Notes under the pieces: model-generated
What the model saw: the letters and a program-made list of their open reading frames with translations, nothing else
The model's database searches: none
What the model was told of the DNA's origin: nothing
Source of the DNA: Eledone cirrhosa
Taxonomy: Eukaryota
Length of the DNA: 64,000 bases
Direction: 5' to 3'
Assembly (NCBI GenBank): GCA_964016885.1
Contig: OZ024741.1
Location: 125,364,001 to 125,428,000 of the forward strand
Shown: piece after piece, positions 1 through 15,147 of the stretch
Numbering within the stretch: position 1 is the stretch's first letter
How the letters are laid out: every line of letters begins with the position of its first letter
Translations under genes and position numbers: made by a program

Positions 1-159
1 GTGTCCCATCCTTTCATTTTTATATCACTATGTTTGTACATCCCCACTAGTCCTATAACCTACTCACCCTGTTTCTAATACATTGCTATATTGAAAGAAG
101 GGGCCATGGTGGCAATAAAGTCAACATATTATTACTATTATTATCATCATTATCTCTTG

Positions 160-590
160 CCTTCTAACCAGTTTGTTGAAAGGTGGGTGAGAGTGGCAAG
201 CATGGTCCGTGTAAATGGGCCTGCCTTGAGCATACACCTGTAGATTGGAGTAGAAAGACTGTGAGATGGCACATTGCCCTAGCGGACAGGGTGACTGTCG
301 CTTTTTATGGCCCGAGTAAATAGGCCTACTCTGAGTATGTGCCTGTAAATTGAAGGTGGAAAACTGGGAGAAGGCACTTACCCTGGTGGTCAGGGTCACC
401 ATAGCTTTTTTTAATGGACTTTCTCCACGATGGCCCGCGGAAGTCTCCCCCCTATTGGGGAATTTTTCATTGTTCCTTTTTTGTTACATCCTCTGTTTTT
501 GTTATTTTACATGCAGAAATGCCCATTTGTACCGTCCTGTACTGTCCTTAATGTCTACTTTATGTAAACCCTTGTAGTTAATAAAGAAAT
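160..590 (+). mobile_element. Probable L1/Tx1-like LINE 3' ends (tandem fragments); related fragment at about 36500-36840
   Basis: Shared ERWVxVAxMxRV-type C-terminus, T-rich UTR and AATAAAG end. Confidence 0.4.
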
Positions 591-2258
591 CATTATTACT
601 TTTATTATTCGAATTGTTATTATTATTATTGCTGTTGTTGTTATTATTATTGATATTATTATTATCATCATTCTATAATTATTATTATTGTTGTTGTTGT
701 TGCTGCTGCTGCTGCTGCTGTTATTGTGGGTTATTATTATTATTATTAAGCCAGCATTGACTTTCGTCCTTTCCGGGAGGTCAGTAAAAAGAAGTACCAG
801 TAAAATACTGGTGTTGATTTAATCAGTTCTACCCCATCACTAGTTGTTGCTGAATTAGGCTGGCTGTGATAAGCACAGGAAATGACAATTGTTGTAGGAA
901 CATAAGTAGCCATGCTGGTGTAGCAGTAATATATATTCTGAGGTCATAGAAAATATTGAACAAATCTTTAAAATAGTGTAATCTTGAAATACAAGGTGTC
1001 CCCAAAGAATGTATACACACTTTGATTACTGGCACAGGCAATATTTATTAGAATGCTGTTGAAGTGTGTATTCATTTTTGAGGGACTGTATTGTATCATT
1101 TTAGGGTCACCAATGTAGAAAATATATATTCACTAAAGGTAGTGCAAGAAAAATTATAACATGGGTTTATTCTATTTATAATCACAAAACTGAAAAATAT
1201 GTTTTCTACATATCAATAACTTAAATTGGTTGTGTCAAGCCTGATTAGCAAAAAATATTAATATTAAATATAAAATGGTTTTAATTTTCAACATCAAGAA
1301 CATTTGGAAAATAGTAACAATTGTTTGAATAAAAAAAGGAATAAAATATTTTACTACGTTAGTTGTGTCAATACAAGTAATACATTATGGGGTGTATGTG
1401 TGTTTATCCAAGTGAGACTGGATAATGTGTACACACATACAAGTGAGTCTATATGAAATGCAAATCCACTCAAGTGAATGTACATTAGGTAACTCCACAT
1501 AAGTAACACAGTATGATGTATACACACATACAAGCACATCTGTATGACATGTATATTCGTATAAATGAGTCTACATGTGTACACATATATACAAGTGAAT
1601 TTATATAGTATGTGACTCCATACACAGGAGTCTCTATGATGTGCGTGTGCACATGTATATTCATATAGTCATTTAACCTGGCACACAACCATTGCAGTCC
1701 TTACTTCAGAAGTCATTTAATCAAGCACACAAGCAAGTTCATTCCTTTAATAGTCAGTTAGTTAAACAAAACAAGTAAGGCCTGGCATCAGGAAAGGCAT
1801 CCAACCATAGAATTCTATCAAACCCATGCTAGCATGAAAAAATAAGTGTAGAACTGATGATGATGAGGAAAATGATGATAATGATATCCCTTATTCAAGA
1901 CATAAAAGACTATATATTCTGTTATAGAGCTTCAGGAAGACATAGGCAGCATTCCATAGTTGAGTTTTTACCACTTAATGCCCCTGACAGCAAGCATATA
2001 TATGAAACCAAAGAAATGTTTAAAGAAAGGAAGAAAATGACTGTTATAACTTATTATTATTGTTATTATTATTATTATCATTATTATTATTATTATGACA
2101 AGATAATAGATAAGGATTAGTAGTTGACAACATGCAGTAACCGCTTATCCAGTTTTAGCATTTCCAACAACCAGCAAGGCATCTAACAATGCATAAGATT
2201 TGAACCTGGCACATCAAGGTTCCAAGTCTGATGATAAACCTGTTTCAAAATCACTGAC

Positions 2259-2336
2259 CTTCTCCTACTGACGAGGCTCTTCTATTTAGACTCTTTTCTA
2301 TTATCAATAATGCTTCTTCCAGTATGTATGATGTAT
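2259..2336 (-). CDS. Candidate 78-nt phase 1-1 exon of the variable C-terminal region: (D)TSYILEEALLIIEKSLNRRASSVGE
   Basis: Acceptor ttcattcaag and donor AAG/gtcagt; open frame matches the phase-1 end of the exon at 15148. No conserved SLC12 motif confirms it. Confidence 0.45.
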
Positions 2337-2464
2337 CTTGAATGAATAATGAGAATAGATTTTGAAAAATGGATAGCAGAATGTTATTTTTCTTGCTTTG
2401 AAAAAAGAAAAAAGAGCATCATGGTGGTCACATTTTCTCCATTAAAAATCACCTTTTAGTCACA

Positions 2465-3199
2465 TCAAGGATATGGCCACCTCTGTAATGTTGGTGTAAT
2501 GATAACATGTACCCAGAACACTCTGTAAAGTGTTTGCTGTTAGGTGTTAAAAGAAAGGCATCCAACTGTAGAAAACATGCCAAGAAAATGTAGAAGACTC
2601 TCTAGTACAGATGTCATGATAAAATGTACCCAAGACACTGTTAAGTGGTTGGTATTAGAAAAAGTATCCAACAGTAGAAAGCATGTTAAAAAAAACTGTA
2701 GTGAGGACCCTGCAGTGACATCAAAGATATGACAACCTCTATAGTGCTGGTGCCATGATAACAATGCACCCAGTACACTCTGTAAAGTGGTTGTTGTTAG
2801 GTGTTAGGAAAGGTGTCCAGCTGTAGAAAACATGCCAAAATCAATGTAGAGAGGATTTTTTTAATCATATAAAGGACATGACAGCATGATAAAATGTACC
2901 CAGTATACTCCGTAAAGGAGATGGTGTTAGGAAGCATGCCAAAAATGTGTAGAGAAGATTCTTTAGTCACATCACAGAAACGATAATTTTCCCTCTACTA
3001 GTGCCTTGATAAAATGCACCCAGTACACTCTGTAAAGTGGATGGTGTTAGAAAGGGTCTCCAACTATAGAAAACATGCCAAAAAAATGTATGAGTAAGGA
3101 GGACAGTATTTCTGATAAGTACTGACTTTGGTCTGTAATGAACCATCCAACTCATGCTAGCATGGAAAGAGAGGCATAAAAAAATGATAAGGATGGCGT

Positions 3200-3232
<33 letters not shown>

Positions 3233-3545
3233 CAAACACACAAATACTCATTTATATCCTACCAAATAAGGAACTGTGAGAATCCTTCAGTTATGTCAAG
3301 GGCATGACAACCTCCAGTGTGCCAGTGTCATAATAAAATGCTTTCAGTACACTCTGTAAAGTAATTGGCATTTGGAAGGGCATCCAGCAGTAGACACCAT
3401 ACCAAAACTGGAAATTATATAAATGAGATATGCCCCAGCCCACCTGAGAGGACAGTAGTTCTGGTGAAGTACTGATGTGGTATGTAACAACTTGTCCAAT
3501 CCATGCCAGAATAGAATAATTGATGTTAAATGATTATGATGATGA
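2465..3545 (+). mobile_element. Tandem decayed RTE-tail-related non-autonomous repeats
   Basis: Repeated CCAGTACACTCTGTAAAGTGG..GTTAGGAAGGGCATCCAGCTGTAGAAA, shared with the RTE 3' UTR at about 35940-35995; (GAT)n tails. Confidence 0.7.
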
Positions 3546-3654
3546 TGGTGTGTGTGTGTGTGTGTGTGGGTGGGTGTGGGTGTTGGTGTGTGTGGGTGTG
3601 GGTGTGGGTGTGTACGTGTGTTACACATTTAAAACCCAATTGAGCTACAGTTTC

Positions 3655-4345
3655 TTTTTCTTCACCCACTTATTCCTGAGAGGGTCATGAGGCAGAGTCC
3701 TCAAACACTCTTTCCTACGAATCCTGTCTGAAGCAACCATTTCCAACTGATCTGGTTGGATCCCCAAGCGAGACCAGCCAAGATCATGAATATAATCCAA
3801 TCATCTTGCTCAGGGTCAACCCCTGGTTTTCCTGCCAGTTGGTTTTGCCCATATAATCTATCCATCGATTCTTTCCTGAGACATTTTAACCAAAGTATCA
3901 GAGCTGTGATCCCTCAATTCGGAGAAACAGCGGCTCTACCTGGAGCAACTTTCTCATCAAGTATGGCAATGATAGTCAACTTTTTGTAGCCTTGATGTCT
4001 CAAGACAAATCCCGAGTATTTATGTTCAGATAAATGGTGCTAAATTAAAACCATTCAATGTGGAAGTTGGACTTCGCCAATGATACGTACTCTCCTGTTC
4101 ATTATTTTCATGAACAGGATTGACAAGTGCAGCCAGGTTGGAAGTGGTATCATGACTGGCAGGTGTAAAATCAGCTGGTTGGAATTTGCAGACTGAATGG
4201 TGTTACTTAACTCGACAGAAGGTGATCTCTGATTTGCACTTGATAGGCTTGATGCAGAGTGCTGCATGGTTGGAATGAAAATCAATGCTGTGAAAACTGA
4301 GACACTCAGCCTATCAAGGAAGCCTGCGCAGTGCACTCTACAAGT
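3655..4345 (-). mobile_element. Decayed RTE-like LINE (second family); 3' fragments also at about 6780-7000 (+), 21085-21290 (+), 42145-42620 (-)
   Basis: Shared C-terminal IAGQILWAKxTGxxPxGxPxxRWLD segment. Confidence 0.65.
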
Positions 4346-7300
4346 GCGACAGTTTAATATTTTTTATTAAAGTTTTTGTTTTTATTTCTTTACAAGTTCA
4401 TTATGCTTACATTGGAACAGTTGCATTCCTAAACCCATATGTGTATTAACATTTCAAAGCCTTCACAGTTCCATCTTCTGTATCAGAATGGTTAACCTTG
4501 TGGCGTATTGGTCATGTGCTTAGCAAAAGTTAGACAGCATTATGGGAGTAGTAGGGAACTGGGGACACCTGATTTAACATTTCTCAACAGTTGAAGCATG
4601 ACAGTTATTATAATTGACTTCACATAAGATGTATCTGTGAGTTTATTCTAATTTATTTATCTAATCAATTTAAAAGTCTGTATAGAGCTAGTAAGCCATG
4701 ACAGACTTGAGGGAAGTAGCTAGTACTTCTTACAGGTGAGAAACAAAAAAAAAAACAAGATATACAGAGATAAGTGAATACAAAGATAAAAAATAAAAAA
4801 TAAATGAAATAAAATAAAATAAAATAAAACAAAATAAAAAAAATTAAATAGGGAAGGCTAACTGGAGGCAAAATAAGCAAAAAAAGATAAAGAAAAAATG
4901 GGAAGCAGTGGAAGCTGTAAAGCAGCTAGGACATTCTGTTGTTGAATCTTTTCATAACCTCTATGTACTCAAAGATTTTGTTTATAGTTGCTAGATCATT
5001 TACAATATTACTAGCCTCCATAGTTGTGTTATCAAGTAATGTAGTTCAACTAAAAAATTTTCCATGTACTGCATGGAAATATGTTATGATATCTCTTTGT
5101 TTTAAGTGCATGGTTAACTGATGGAAAAGTGTTGTGCTTATGTGACTTAAGTTCACAACAATAATGTTGGCATTGAAATTTGTATAACACATTGGTCATC
5201 AGCAGTACATTCAGATAAAACATTGCTAAGCAATAAGTGACCAATATGCCACAAGTATGACCATTTGATTCTGAAGAAGGAGCTGTGAAGACTTCAAAAC
5301 TCATGGATTTAGAGACACTACACACTAAGCATAAAAAACTAACAAGGAAAATAAACTGAAGTACAATCCTGTTTTCAATATAACATGTTTAAAAGAAAAG
5401 CTATTCCACATATATATATAGGTAAAAAGTAAAAGTAAGAAAGCACATGGCTATATTTAAAGAATGAATATTTTTATAACTGTTACATTAAATGGACTTA
5501 AATTTTGTCAAATATTGCAGGTTTAGATTGATATATCAATCTTTTCAAATATTAAAAGCCTGTTCTCATGTTCTTAGGGCGGTTAGAACAAATGTGAATG
5601 TTCTGTCAAATTTTAATTCTATTTAATGTAGCAATTATAAAAATATTCATTCAGTTGGATTAAAGAAACAAAATAATCTTTAAGTATAACCCTGTGCTTT
5701 TTCATTTTTACTTTTTACCTATAACCTTTGATTTGTATCGAATTTTGCCCCCTTTTTCATATATATATATGTAAATAAATATACACAAGTGTGTATGATT
5801 GTGTATAGAAGATTATATTAATAAAAGGAATTCCAACTTTATCTGATTAACTCGTTTTATTTACAATCCTACCATACTATTTCATTATAATACCATTATA
5901 ATTTTAAAGGATTGTAAATAAAACGAGTTAATCAAAGTTGGAATTCCTTTTATTAATATATATATATAAACCACAACTGAATACTAACCCATACAATCAC
6001 TAATACTCTTTTATTCCTAATTAAACCATTTTTCAACTGTGAACAATTTGTCAGCATTTTCTATTCCGTTTACCAATATATATATATATATATATATACA
6101 CACTCACATGCGACCAGTGCTTTGAGAAAACAACACCATACTTCAGCACTGAGCATATAAAAACATCAAAATAACAGAGGTAAACTTTATTCCATCATTA
6201 TGTTTTTCTGTTTTTTTTCTATTCATATTCTAGCTGTCTGATGAGGTCATAGCTGTTGTATAATAGTAATTACCGAAATATATGACTTTGATAGGTTTCG
6301 GCCACAGTATTGGCTCAGGCCATGTCTAACTTAATAGCACCACCTGGCGGATATGAATAAATGAAGTTAATTTTAACCTGTTGACTTACACTTCTTGTTT
6401 GTTTTTTTGTTTATATATATATATATATATATATATAATACACACATACATAAGAAAGAACCAAATAATAACAAATAATAAACTAATTAAATTCAAAATA
6501 AAATTAAGCATAAAATAAACAGAAATAAAACAAAAACAAATTAAAAATACCTGTGAGCACTGAGATTTTTAAAGAAATTATGTTATATAGTAGAAATGAA
6601 ATGTACAGCTAACATCTATGTAAGACTAACTGATCTCCTACTGAGCTGCATCTCATCTGTGGTTTATCAGGTGATTTAATGATAGGTACCCCAGTCCTAT
6701 CATGGCAAGCCAGATAAAATAGTGCACATATTGCAAAACAAACTGCAGCCCCATGAGTTTGAAAAAAAAAAGAAATTTAACAAAATAATTGCTGGACAGA
6801 TTCTATGGGCAAAACTGACTGGCAGGAAACCCAGGAGTATACCTCAAGTAAGATGGTTGGATCACATCTATGAGATTGGTCTGGCTTGGGGATCCAATCA
6901 GATCTATTGGAGGGAGTTGCTTCTGATAGAACCCGCTGGAAGGAGTGCTTGTGGACTCTGCCCCCACAACGTTCCCAGGAATAAGTAGGCAAAGAAAAAA
7001 AGAAGACATATCACCTATGTAAGTTCTGGTGGTCTTCTTGTGGTGAAATGAAACATCTTGCTCAAGAACATAATATAGCAACTGGCCCAGGAATCAAACC
7101 CTCGACTTTTATGATCATGAGCCCAATACACTAACCTCAAGGCCATGTGCCTTCATTAAAATTAATTAATTAATTAATTGAATGAATAATTAAATGAGTA
7201 AATGAATGAATTGGCCATTTGCCTATCAGAATACACACCATTTTCCAGATAAACAGATATTGGTCTTCCTGTAGAAAATGTTGGAACAAATAAAATAGAA

Positions 7301-9044
7301 TAGGATTAAGGCAAACCAAAAAAGTAATTGAAACAAAAAAAAAATATGAAAGTAAGCAAATCATGACAAAAAGAATTATAATGAAATACAGTCATCCCTC
7401 AAGCATTTGATACCAAACTGCTTGAAACCACCTGTGGCATTACAATCAGGGCTGAAGCCTTAAGCTATATGAAATATGACACCCTTCTCTAAAAAAAAAA
7501 ATTGAGTAAAAAATATTCAAAATAATTATACATGATTATTATTTATTAATGATTACAAAATTAAATTAATTATAAAATGTTCCTAAAAAATAAGCCACAT
7601 ACAAAAATAAAAAATATGTTGTTTTGAAATGAGGACTCTGAAGGTGCGTGGCCTTAAGCTATAGCTTATTTAGCTTATAGGTAAGTCCAGCACCGACTAC
7701 GATACTAAGATGTATATTTTAACTTTTTTGTTAACCTATTTCTAATTAATGACATTGCTTAACTTTTCTCAAATAATTTTGAAAACAATCAAGAATTTGG
7801 AGAAGATGTTATATAACTAACTTTCTCATTATCTATCTGCTGTTTGGAACATAACTTAACTAATGTTCTTACAGAGAATTAAGATAGGTTTTTATATAAT
7901 TATATACATTAAAGTTAAATTTTGTATCATAGAACCGAAGGCAGTTTCAATTGGTTTTAAATCAAAAGTTTGAAATATTTATATTTATCTAAAAACCTTC
8001 CGTGAAAATTGTAAGTTATGTTCCTATCACCAACTTAATAATGAAAAGGTTAATTATATTACTAAATCACTCCAAACTTTTGATCATTTTCAAAGCCATT
8101 TGAAAATTATAGGAAGTGTCTTCCATTAGAAATATGCTGTGGAAAGATTTAATGTGTGATTGTTCAAAAATTGATGCATGTGGATGATTGTTAGGTGAAC
8201 AAGTGCCAGGAGTACCAAGTGATAGGTGAATGTGGTAGAGGTAGTTCAATGAAGAAAGCGGGTTGCTGAATGTCACAGAAGACAAAAAGGAAAGATACAA
8301 ATAGATGGACACTGTACTGGAGAAACATAGCTTCAATGCTTGCAATGGAGTGGACTCTGCTCAGGACACCCAGGGGCCAAGTGGTGGTCTAAATCAGGTG
8401 GTGTTTTAAAGAGATCATGATCCCAATAAAACAAAGTGAAATTTAAAGCTTACACTTACTGCAAATTCAGCTGGTCTTTTATGAGATTGGATCTCATAAG
8501 ATGTTTCTTAAATGTATCATGAAAAGCAATGTGAAATGGAGTGCCTTGCTGAAGAACACCACATACTTCCCAGACTAGAAATTTGACCCATGACCTTATG
8601 AGCATCAGTCCAGTACTTTAATCAATAGGCCATGTCGCTTCACTTGATGATGACGATGAGAAGGAGGAGGAGGAAGATAATGATGATTTATATTTATTTA
8701 CTAACACAAAGATAAGAAATTTGAGAGGGTTGGATGGAGTCAGATGTGTGTAAGGGGGAAATTGCATAATTCTGGATTGATCCAGCATATTGCTAATGTA
8801 AACTTATTTATTGAATCCAGAGAGGGCTACAATACACAATCAATCAGAGCAGGAAATGAAACACTAAACATAGATGAGATGAGATTACAATATGTAAAGT
8901 ATTCTAACATGTAAATATTATACTAGTTCTGAGATAACTCTCTATTCATAATAATGATAATAATAATAAGAAGAAGAATATTATTGTAGGTAATGAGCTG
9001 GCAAGTGATGCTATAAAACCACGTAAGAAGGAATAATAATCATA

Positions 9045-9910
9045 ATTTAGGTACAAGGCCAGTAATTTGGGGAAATAGAAAGTTCATTAAATTGACTTCA
9101 GTACTTGACAGATATTTTATTTTATCAGTTGCATCAGGATGAAAAGCAAAGATGACCTTGGCAGGATTTGAATGCAAAATGTAAAATGTCAGGACAAATA
9201 CCATCAGGCATTTTTATAACTCTAAATTTTTCAGTCAACCCACTGCTCTCATAATAATAATAATTGTTTCTACTTTTGGCACAAGGCCAGCAATTATCCC
9301 AGTGCATTACTGGTACTTCATTTTATCAACATTGTAAGGATGAAAGGCAAAGCTAACCTTGGTGGGATTTGAATTCAGATGATACAGGGCCGTAACTATG
9401 CTGCAAAGCATGGTGTCTGACTCCACTGATACTGCCAATCCACCCCCCATTAATAATATTAATAATAATAATGATTTCTAGTATAGGCACAAGGTTAGTA
9501 ATTTGTGTGAGGGGAAAGTCGATTAAATCGACCCCAGTACATTACTGGTGCTTTATTTTATCGAACCTGTCAGGATGAAAGACAAAGCTTACCTCGGCGG
9601 GATTTGAACTCAGACTGTGAAGAGGCGTAACTCTATGCTGCAAAGCATGGCATTCAACCCATCACTGATACTGCCAATCCATAATAATGATTTCATTTAT
9701 TGGCCACAAGGGTCGACATGTAGGGGACAATAGGCACGAGGCCAGCAATTTTTGGGGAGTAGATTAAATCGACCCCAGTGCACGACTAGTACTTTATTTT
9801 ATTGACCCCATAAGGATGAAAGGCAAAGCTAACCTCAGCGGGATTTGAACTCAGAATGTAAAGGCCCATAACTCTATGCGGCAAAGCATGTTGTCCGACA
9901 ATCTAATGAT
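9045..9910 (-). mobile_element. Cluster of four tandem SINE family 1 copies separated by (TAA)n
   Basis: Repeated GGATGAAAGGCAAAG..ACCT.GGC.GGATTTGAACTC. Confidence 0.85.
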
Positions 9911-10022
9911 ATTCATAAATAAAGTATGGGCTAACTTTAGGAAGTGATGCATTCAGCCATAGAAATATAGGTTTACGAATTCCCATCCAACCAATGCCAG
10001 CATAGAAAAACAAACATAATAC

Positions 10023-10053
<31 letters not shown>

Positions 10054-10340
10054 AACCCTTATCCTGTCATAGAATTTTTACCATATATTGACAAAAAAGA
10101 ACAATGATGACGAATATACCCAAAAGAAGGAAAAGAAAAACAGTCATAAACAGATAACTTTTTCCGTCTCTAAGGATAATTTATTTTAACTGTTATCTGT
10201 AGGGATCTACTGATATTACTGTCATTTTCTGTGTTTGGGACACTCATATATTGAAATTATTACTATTATTATTACATAGTGATGATGTTAACTACCAGAG
10301 TTGTTCTTCTTACCACCAGGCTCCATTTCAGAGCACTTAA

Positions 10341-10557
10341 CCCTTTAGCATTTACATTATATATACTATTGTATTTTTGTGGTAAAGGCTTTTATCTTAC
10401 ATAATTATCTCAAATAATACTGAGTCTACAAGATTTTTATGTTATTTATTTTCAGAACAACAGCTCAACGTCAGTATGAGCAGCCAGTTATGGTCAGTTT
10501 GAATAGAAAGAGGTGAGATAATTCTGGTCGAATACAGCCGGTTTAAGTGCTAAAGGA
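10341..10557. mobile_element. piggyBac-like MITE; copies at about 36203-36424 and 57804-58020
   Basis: TTAA flanks, TIR CCCTTTAGCA / TGCTAAAGGA. Confidence 0.7.
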
Positions 10558-10639
10558 TTAAGATAATAAGAATTGCTTTCTGCTCTTCTAGTTGGTGTCC
10601 ATCACATTTCTGATTATTATGGCAGTGACAGTCTTTATA

Positions 10640-10835
10640 CCAAAATTAAATCAATTTATTGTAAATTTTAGAAAGATATATCTGTTACACATCCTAGTGC
10701 TCCTATAATTACTGGTACCAATATTACCTTAGTTATTTCACCCTTCCATACTTTCATATTTGAGGCCATTGTAGTAGTTTTTCTTCTCATTTTCTTCATC
10801 CTTTATTCTTGTGTCAAAAGACCAGGCTACATCCA
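10640..10835 (-). mobile_element. Decayed R4/Dong-like endonuclease fragment
   Basis: Minus-strand FDTRIKDEENEKK...VILVPVIIGALGCV. Confidence 0.55.
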
Positions 10836-11605
10836 TATTATTATTATAATCAATAGTAAGAATATACTAGAAATCATTATTAATAGTAAGAATCATGCAA
10901 ATACCAAAAGACAGGCATTATAATAAAATTAACAGAATCCATCAAGCATCATGCAACTCCATAAACACGGAATTATATATTGAAAGGTAGTAAATATCTG
11001 CAGAGTTCCAATAATTTCTAGATGATCATTGGTTAACTTAAAACGACATTTAAACTTTTATTATGAAAAGCTACCACAATTCACATATTCAACTATAAGT
11101 CAACCAAGTCAGGTAAATTATGGCTAGAGACATTATAACCATCCAGCATAAGAGCAGATGTGTGGTTCAATTCCTGCAAGTTTTTCTTTCAACTTTTTTT
11201 TCTGTCTCCAAAAGCATTTACCTGACTTATTCAATTGAAATGAGTTGGGCTCTGCCAGGTTTAAAATGCCCAAGAAATGCTGTACATCAATATGGCACCT
11301 CCACAACGCCATCAGGAGTTATGGGACCATACCATATGAACTGTGACAGTTTTACATAATAAAAGCAAATAAATTTCGAATTTACAAATTTGCCCAATTT
11401 CTTCGCAAACTTATGTTTATTATGTTTACATTGTTTTTTTGATTTGTTTTGTTTACTTTTTGTGGGGGGGGGGGGGTTATTTTGTTATAAACAATTAAAT
11501 GTTAAAGATAACAAAAAACGAAATTTTGGTCTTCAAAAAATACATAACCCTTTGGTACACTAATTTATAATTTCAAAACTAATCAATCAATATCTACCCT
11601 CCCTA

Positions 11606-11649
<44 letters not shown>

Positions 11650-12424
11650 ATGAAAGCATATCTGTACATTCACAATCTAAAAAAACACTATTACCATATA
11701 TGCTTGAGTATAAACCAGACATTTTTTCAAGAAAACACATAAGAAAACATCATATGATTTATCTACTAGACCTACAAATATATTCAACACTGTAAATGCT
11801 GTATATAAAATGATGGTGTGATTTATACACACATTTATACAATATATATATATATATCACACACGAGCAAACAAACACATATACTCTGTATATACGCATG
11901 TATAAATTGCACTTTTCTCTGCAAAAATACAATGTTTAAACTATGTAGTACATTAGTAAATAGTGTATGTAAAAAGGAGATGCGACTTCTCTTTATGTCC
12001 TATACCATATAAAACCACATTTGGGGAGAAGAGCGAGGAAAGTCAGTTATATCAACCCCAGTACTTGACAGGTATATTATTTTATCCATATAAAGAAGAG
12101 AATCGATCGACAAGAACTCAGACCTCACTCTCTTACCGAGTGGAATGAAACTAATCAAATAAGACCAAGAAGACAATGTTTCCAAAGGTCTTTCCATTGC
12201 TGATATCATCTGCCTGTTGCAACACCTGGCAGAAAGAGCAATGTGAAATAAAGTGTCTTGCTTAAGGACATAACACGCTGCCCTGTCCAGGAATCAAACT
12301 CACAATCACATGATTGCAAATCCAACTCTCTAGCCACTAAGCCATGTGCCTTCACATAAAGAACCAGTGGAAATACTGTAAACCATTTTGTTCAACACTC
12401 TTACAATTCTGCCAATAACAAATA

Positions 12425-12612
12425 ATTATTTCTACTTTTGGTACAAGGCCAACAATTACCCAGTGAATTACTGGTACTTTGTTTTATCGACCCCGTAAGG
12501 ATGAAAGGCAAAGTTAACCTTGGCGGGATTTGAACTCAGAATGGCAAGGGCCGTAATTCACTGCGTCAAAGCATGGCGTCCGACTCTCTACCGATACTGC
12601 CAATACACCGCC
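12425..12612 (-). mobile_element. SINE family 1
   Basis: Full-length match to the 41534 copy. Confidence 0.88.
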
Positions 12613-12755
12613 AATAACAAATAATGTGAATTGATAATTATCAAAAGTAGGATAAAATTGGAGTTTTATTGGGGAAGGGGGTTAAAAATATTATTCAGAT
12701 AAAATTATATATATACATCTTTCAGATAATGTTATATATACATTTCATTCAAATA

Positions 12756-12790
<35 letters not shown>

Positions 12791-13085
12791 CTTCATTTAG
12801 ATTAAGTTATATTGACTTTATTCAAATAAAATTATATATGTCACAGATAAAGTTGTATATACATCGTTCAAATAAAATTATATACATTTCACACAAATAA
12901 AGTTATATACATTTCACACAAACAAAATGTATATAAAGTATATACATTTCATTTGGATAAAATGATATACACAACATTCAGAGACAAATATATACACATC
13001 ATTCAGATACAATTATATACACATCATTAAGATAGAGTTATATACACTTCATTTGGATATGATATATGCAACATTCAGAGAAAGT

Positions 13086-13116
<31 letters not shown>

Positions 13117-13365
13117 TTCAGATAGAGTTATATATATATATATATATCATTCAGATACAATTATACACACATCATTCAGATAAAATGATATATTCATGAT
13201 TTAGATGCAATTATATACACATCATTTAAGATAAAATTATATACACATCACCTAGATACAATTATATACACATCATTCAAGTTATATACACATAATCCAA
13301 ATAGTTATATACACATAATCCAAATAGTTATACATACATCATTCAGAGAAAGTTATATATATATA

Positions 13366-13757
13366 TCATTCAGATAAAGTTATATATACATCATTCAGAT
13401 AAAGTTATATATACATCATTCAGATAAAGTTATATATACATCATTCAGATAAAGTTATATATACATCATTCAGATAAAGTTATATATACATCATTCAGAT
13501 AAAGTTATATATACATCATTCAGATAAAGTTATATATACATCATTCAGATAAAGTTATATATACATCATTCAGATAAAGTTATATATACATCATTCAGAT
13601 AAAGTTATATATACATCATTCAGATAAAGTTATATATACATCATTCAGATAAAGTTATATATACATCATTCAGATAAAGTTATATATACATCATTCAGAT
13701 AAAGTTATATATACATCATTCAGATAAAGTTATATATACATCATTCAGATAAAGTTA
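13366..13757. repeat. 25-bp minisatellite (TCATTCAGATAAAGTTATATATACA), about 15.5 perfect copies; degenerate copies from about 12690
   Basis: Directly visible. Confidence 0.95.
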
Positions 13758-13804
13758 CACATATGTCATACAAATATAGTATGTATAAAGACTTCATTAA
13801 AATA

Positions 13805-14140
13805 ATTGTTTCTACTTTAGGCACAAGACCAGCAATTACCCAGTACATTACTGGTACTTTATTTTATCGACCCCGTAAGGATGAAAGGCAAAGTTAACCT
13901 CGGCGGGATTTGAACTCAGACTGTAAAGGGACGTAACTATGCTAGAAAGCATGGCGTCCAACCCTCTACCGATACTGCCATTAAATAATATGATGTAGAC
14001 TTCATGCAGATAATGTATATATTCTATATTTAAATAATTGTTTCTACTTTTGACACAAGGCCAGCAATTACCCAGTGTATTACTGGTGCTTTATTTTATC
14101 GACCCCGTAAGGATGAAAGGCAAAGTTAACCTCGGTGGAA
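13805..14140 (-). mobile_element. SINE family 1, one full and one partial copy
   Basis: Match to the 41534 copy. Confidence 0.85.
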
Positions 14141-14444
14141 TGATGCATATATATATATATATACACACACGTGTAGTGCACCTGAGCACTTTACACAATA
14201 ATTTCATTATTATTATTATATATATATATATAGTGTGTGTATTATATATATAAATATATTCACACTATTCAAATAAGTATATATATATACTTCATTTAAA
14301 TAAGATATATGTACCTCATTCAAATAAGTATCAATAATCAAACAATGTACCTCTATATAATTTATTCAAATAAAGTATGTATATATACTTTATTCAAATA
14401 TATAATATCATCATCAACATCATCATCATCATCATCATCACCAT

Positions 14445-14882
<438 letters not shown>

Positions 14883-15147
14883 TGTATCCCGGGTTCAATC
14901 GGGGATAACCACAATAAGTAAGGTACTCAATACATAGCAGAGTACAAATTTTTAATATAGAAATGGGATCTTCAGAACTAGAACTGTTTTATTCGAAGGA
15001 AATCATCAGGAAAGCCCTGATGGTTTCCTTTGAATAAAACAGTTCTAACCCTGCAGAAGCCATTTCTCTATTAAATGTATATATATATATATCTGTGTGT
15101 GTGTGTGTTTAGTGTGTTTAGTGTGTTTAGAGATGAGGTGTTCATAC

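Noticed and set aside
1923-1983. Possible minus-strand phase-1 terminal or micro-exon (GALSGKNSTMECCLCLPEAL*)
   Set aside because: Only an acceptor-like tract supports it; there is no homology, and a stop here would delete the conserved SLC12 C-terminus.
6225-6362. CUGAUGA-GGU...ACC-GAAA hammerhead-like segment
   Set aside because: No convincing NUH triplet with stem I closure in register; competing pairings sequester GAAA.
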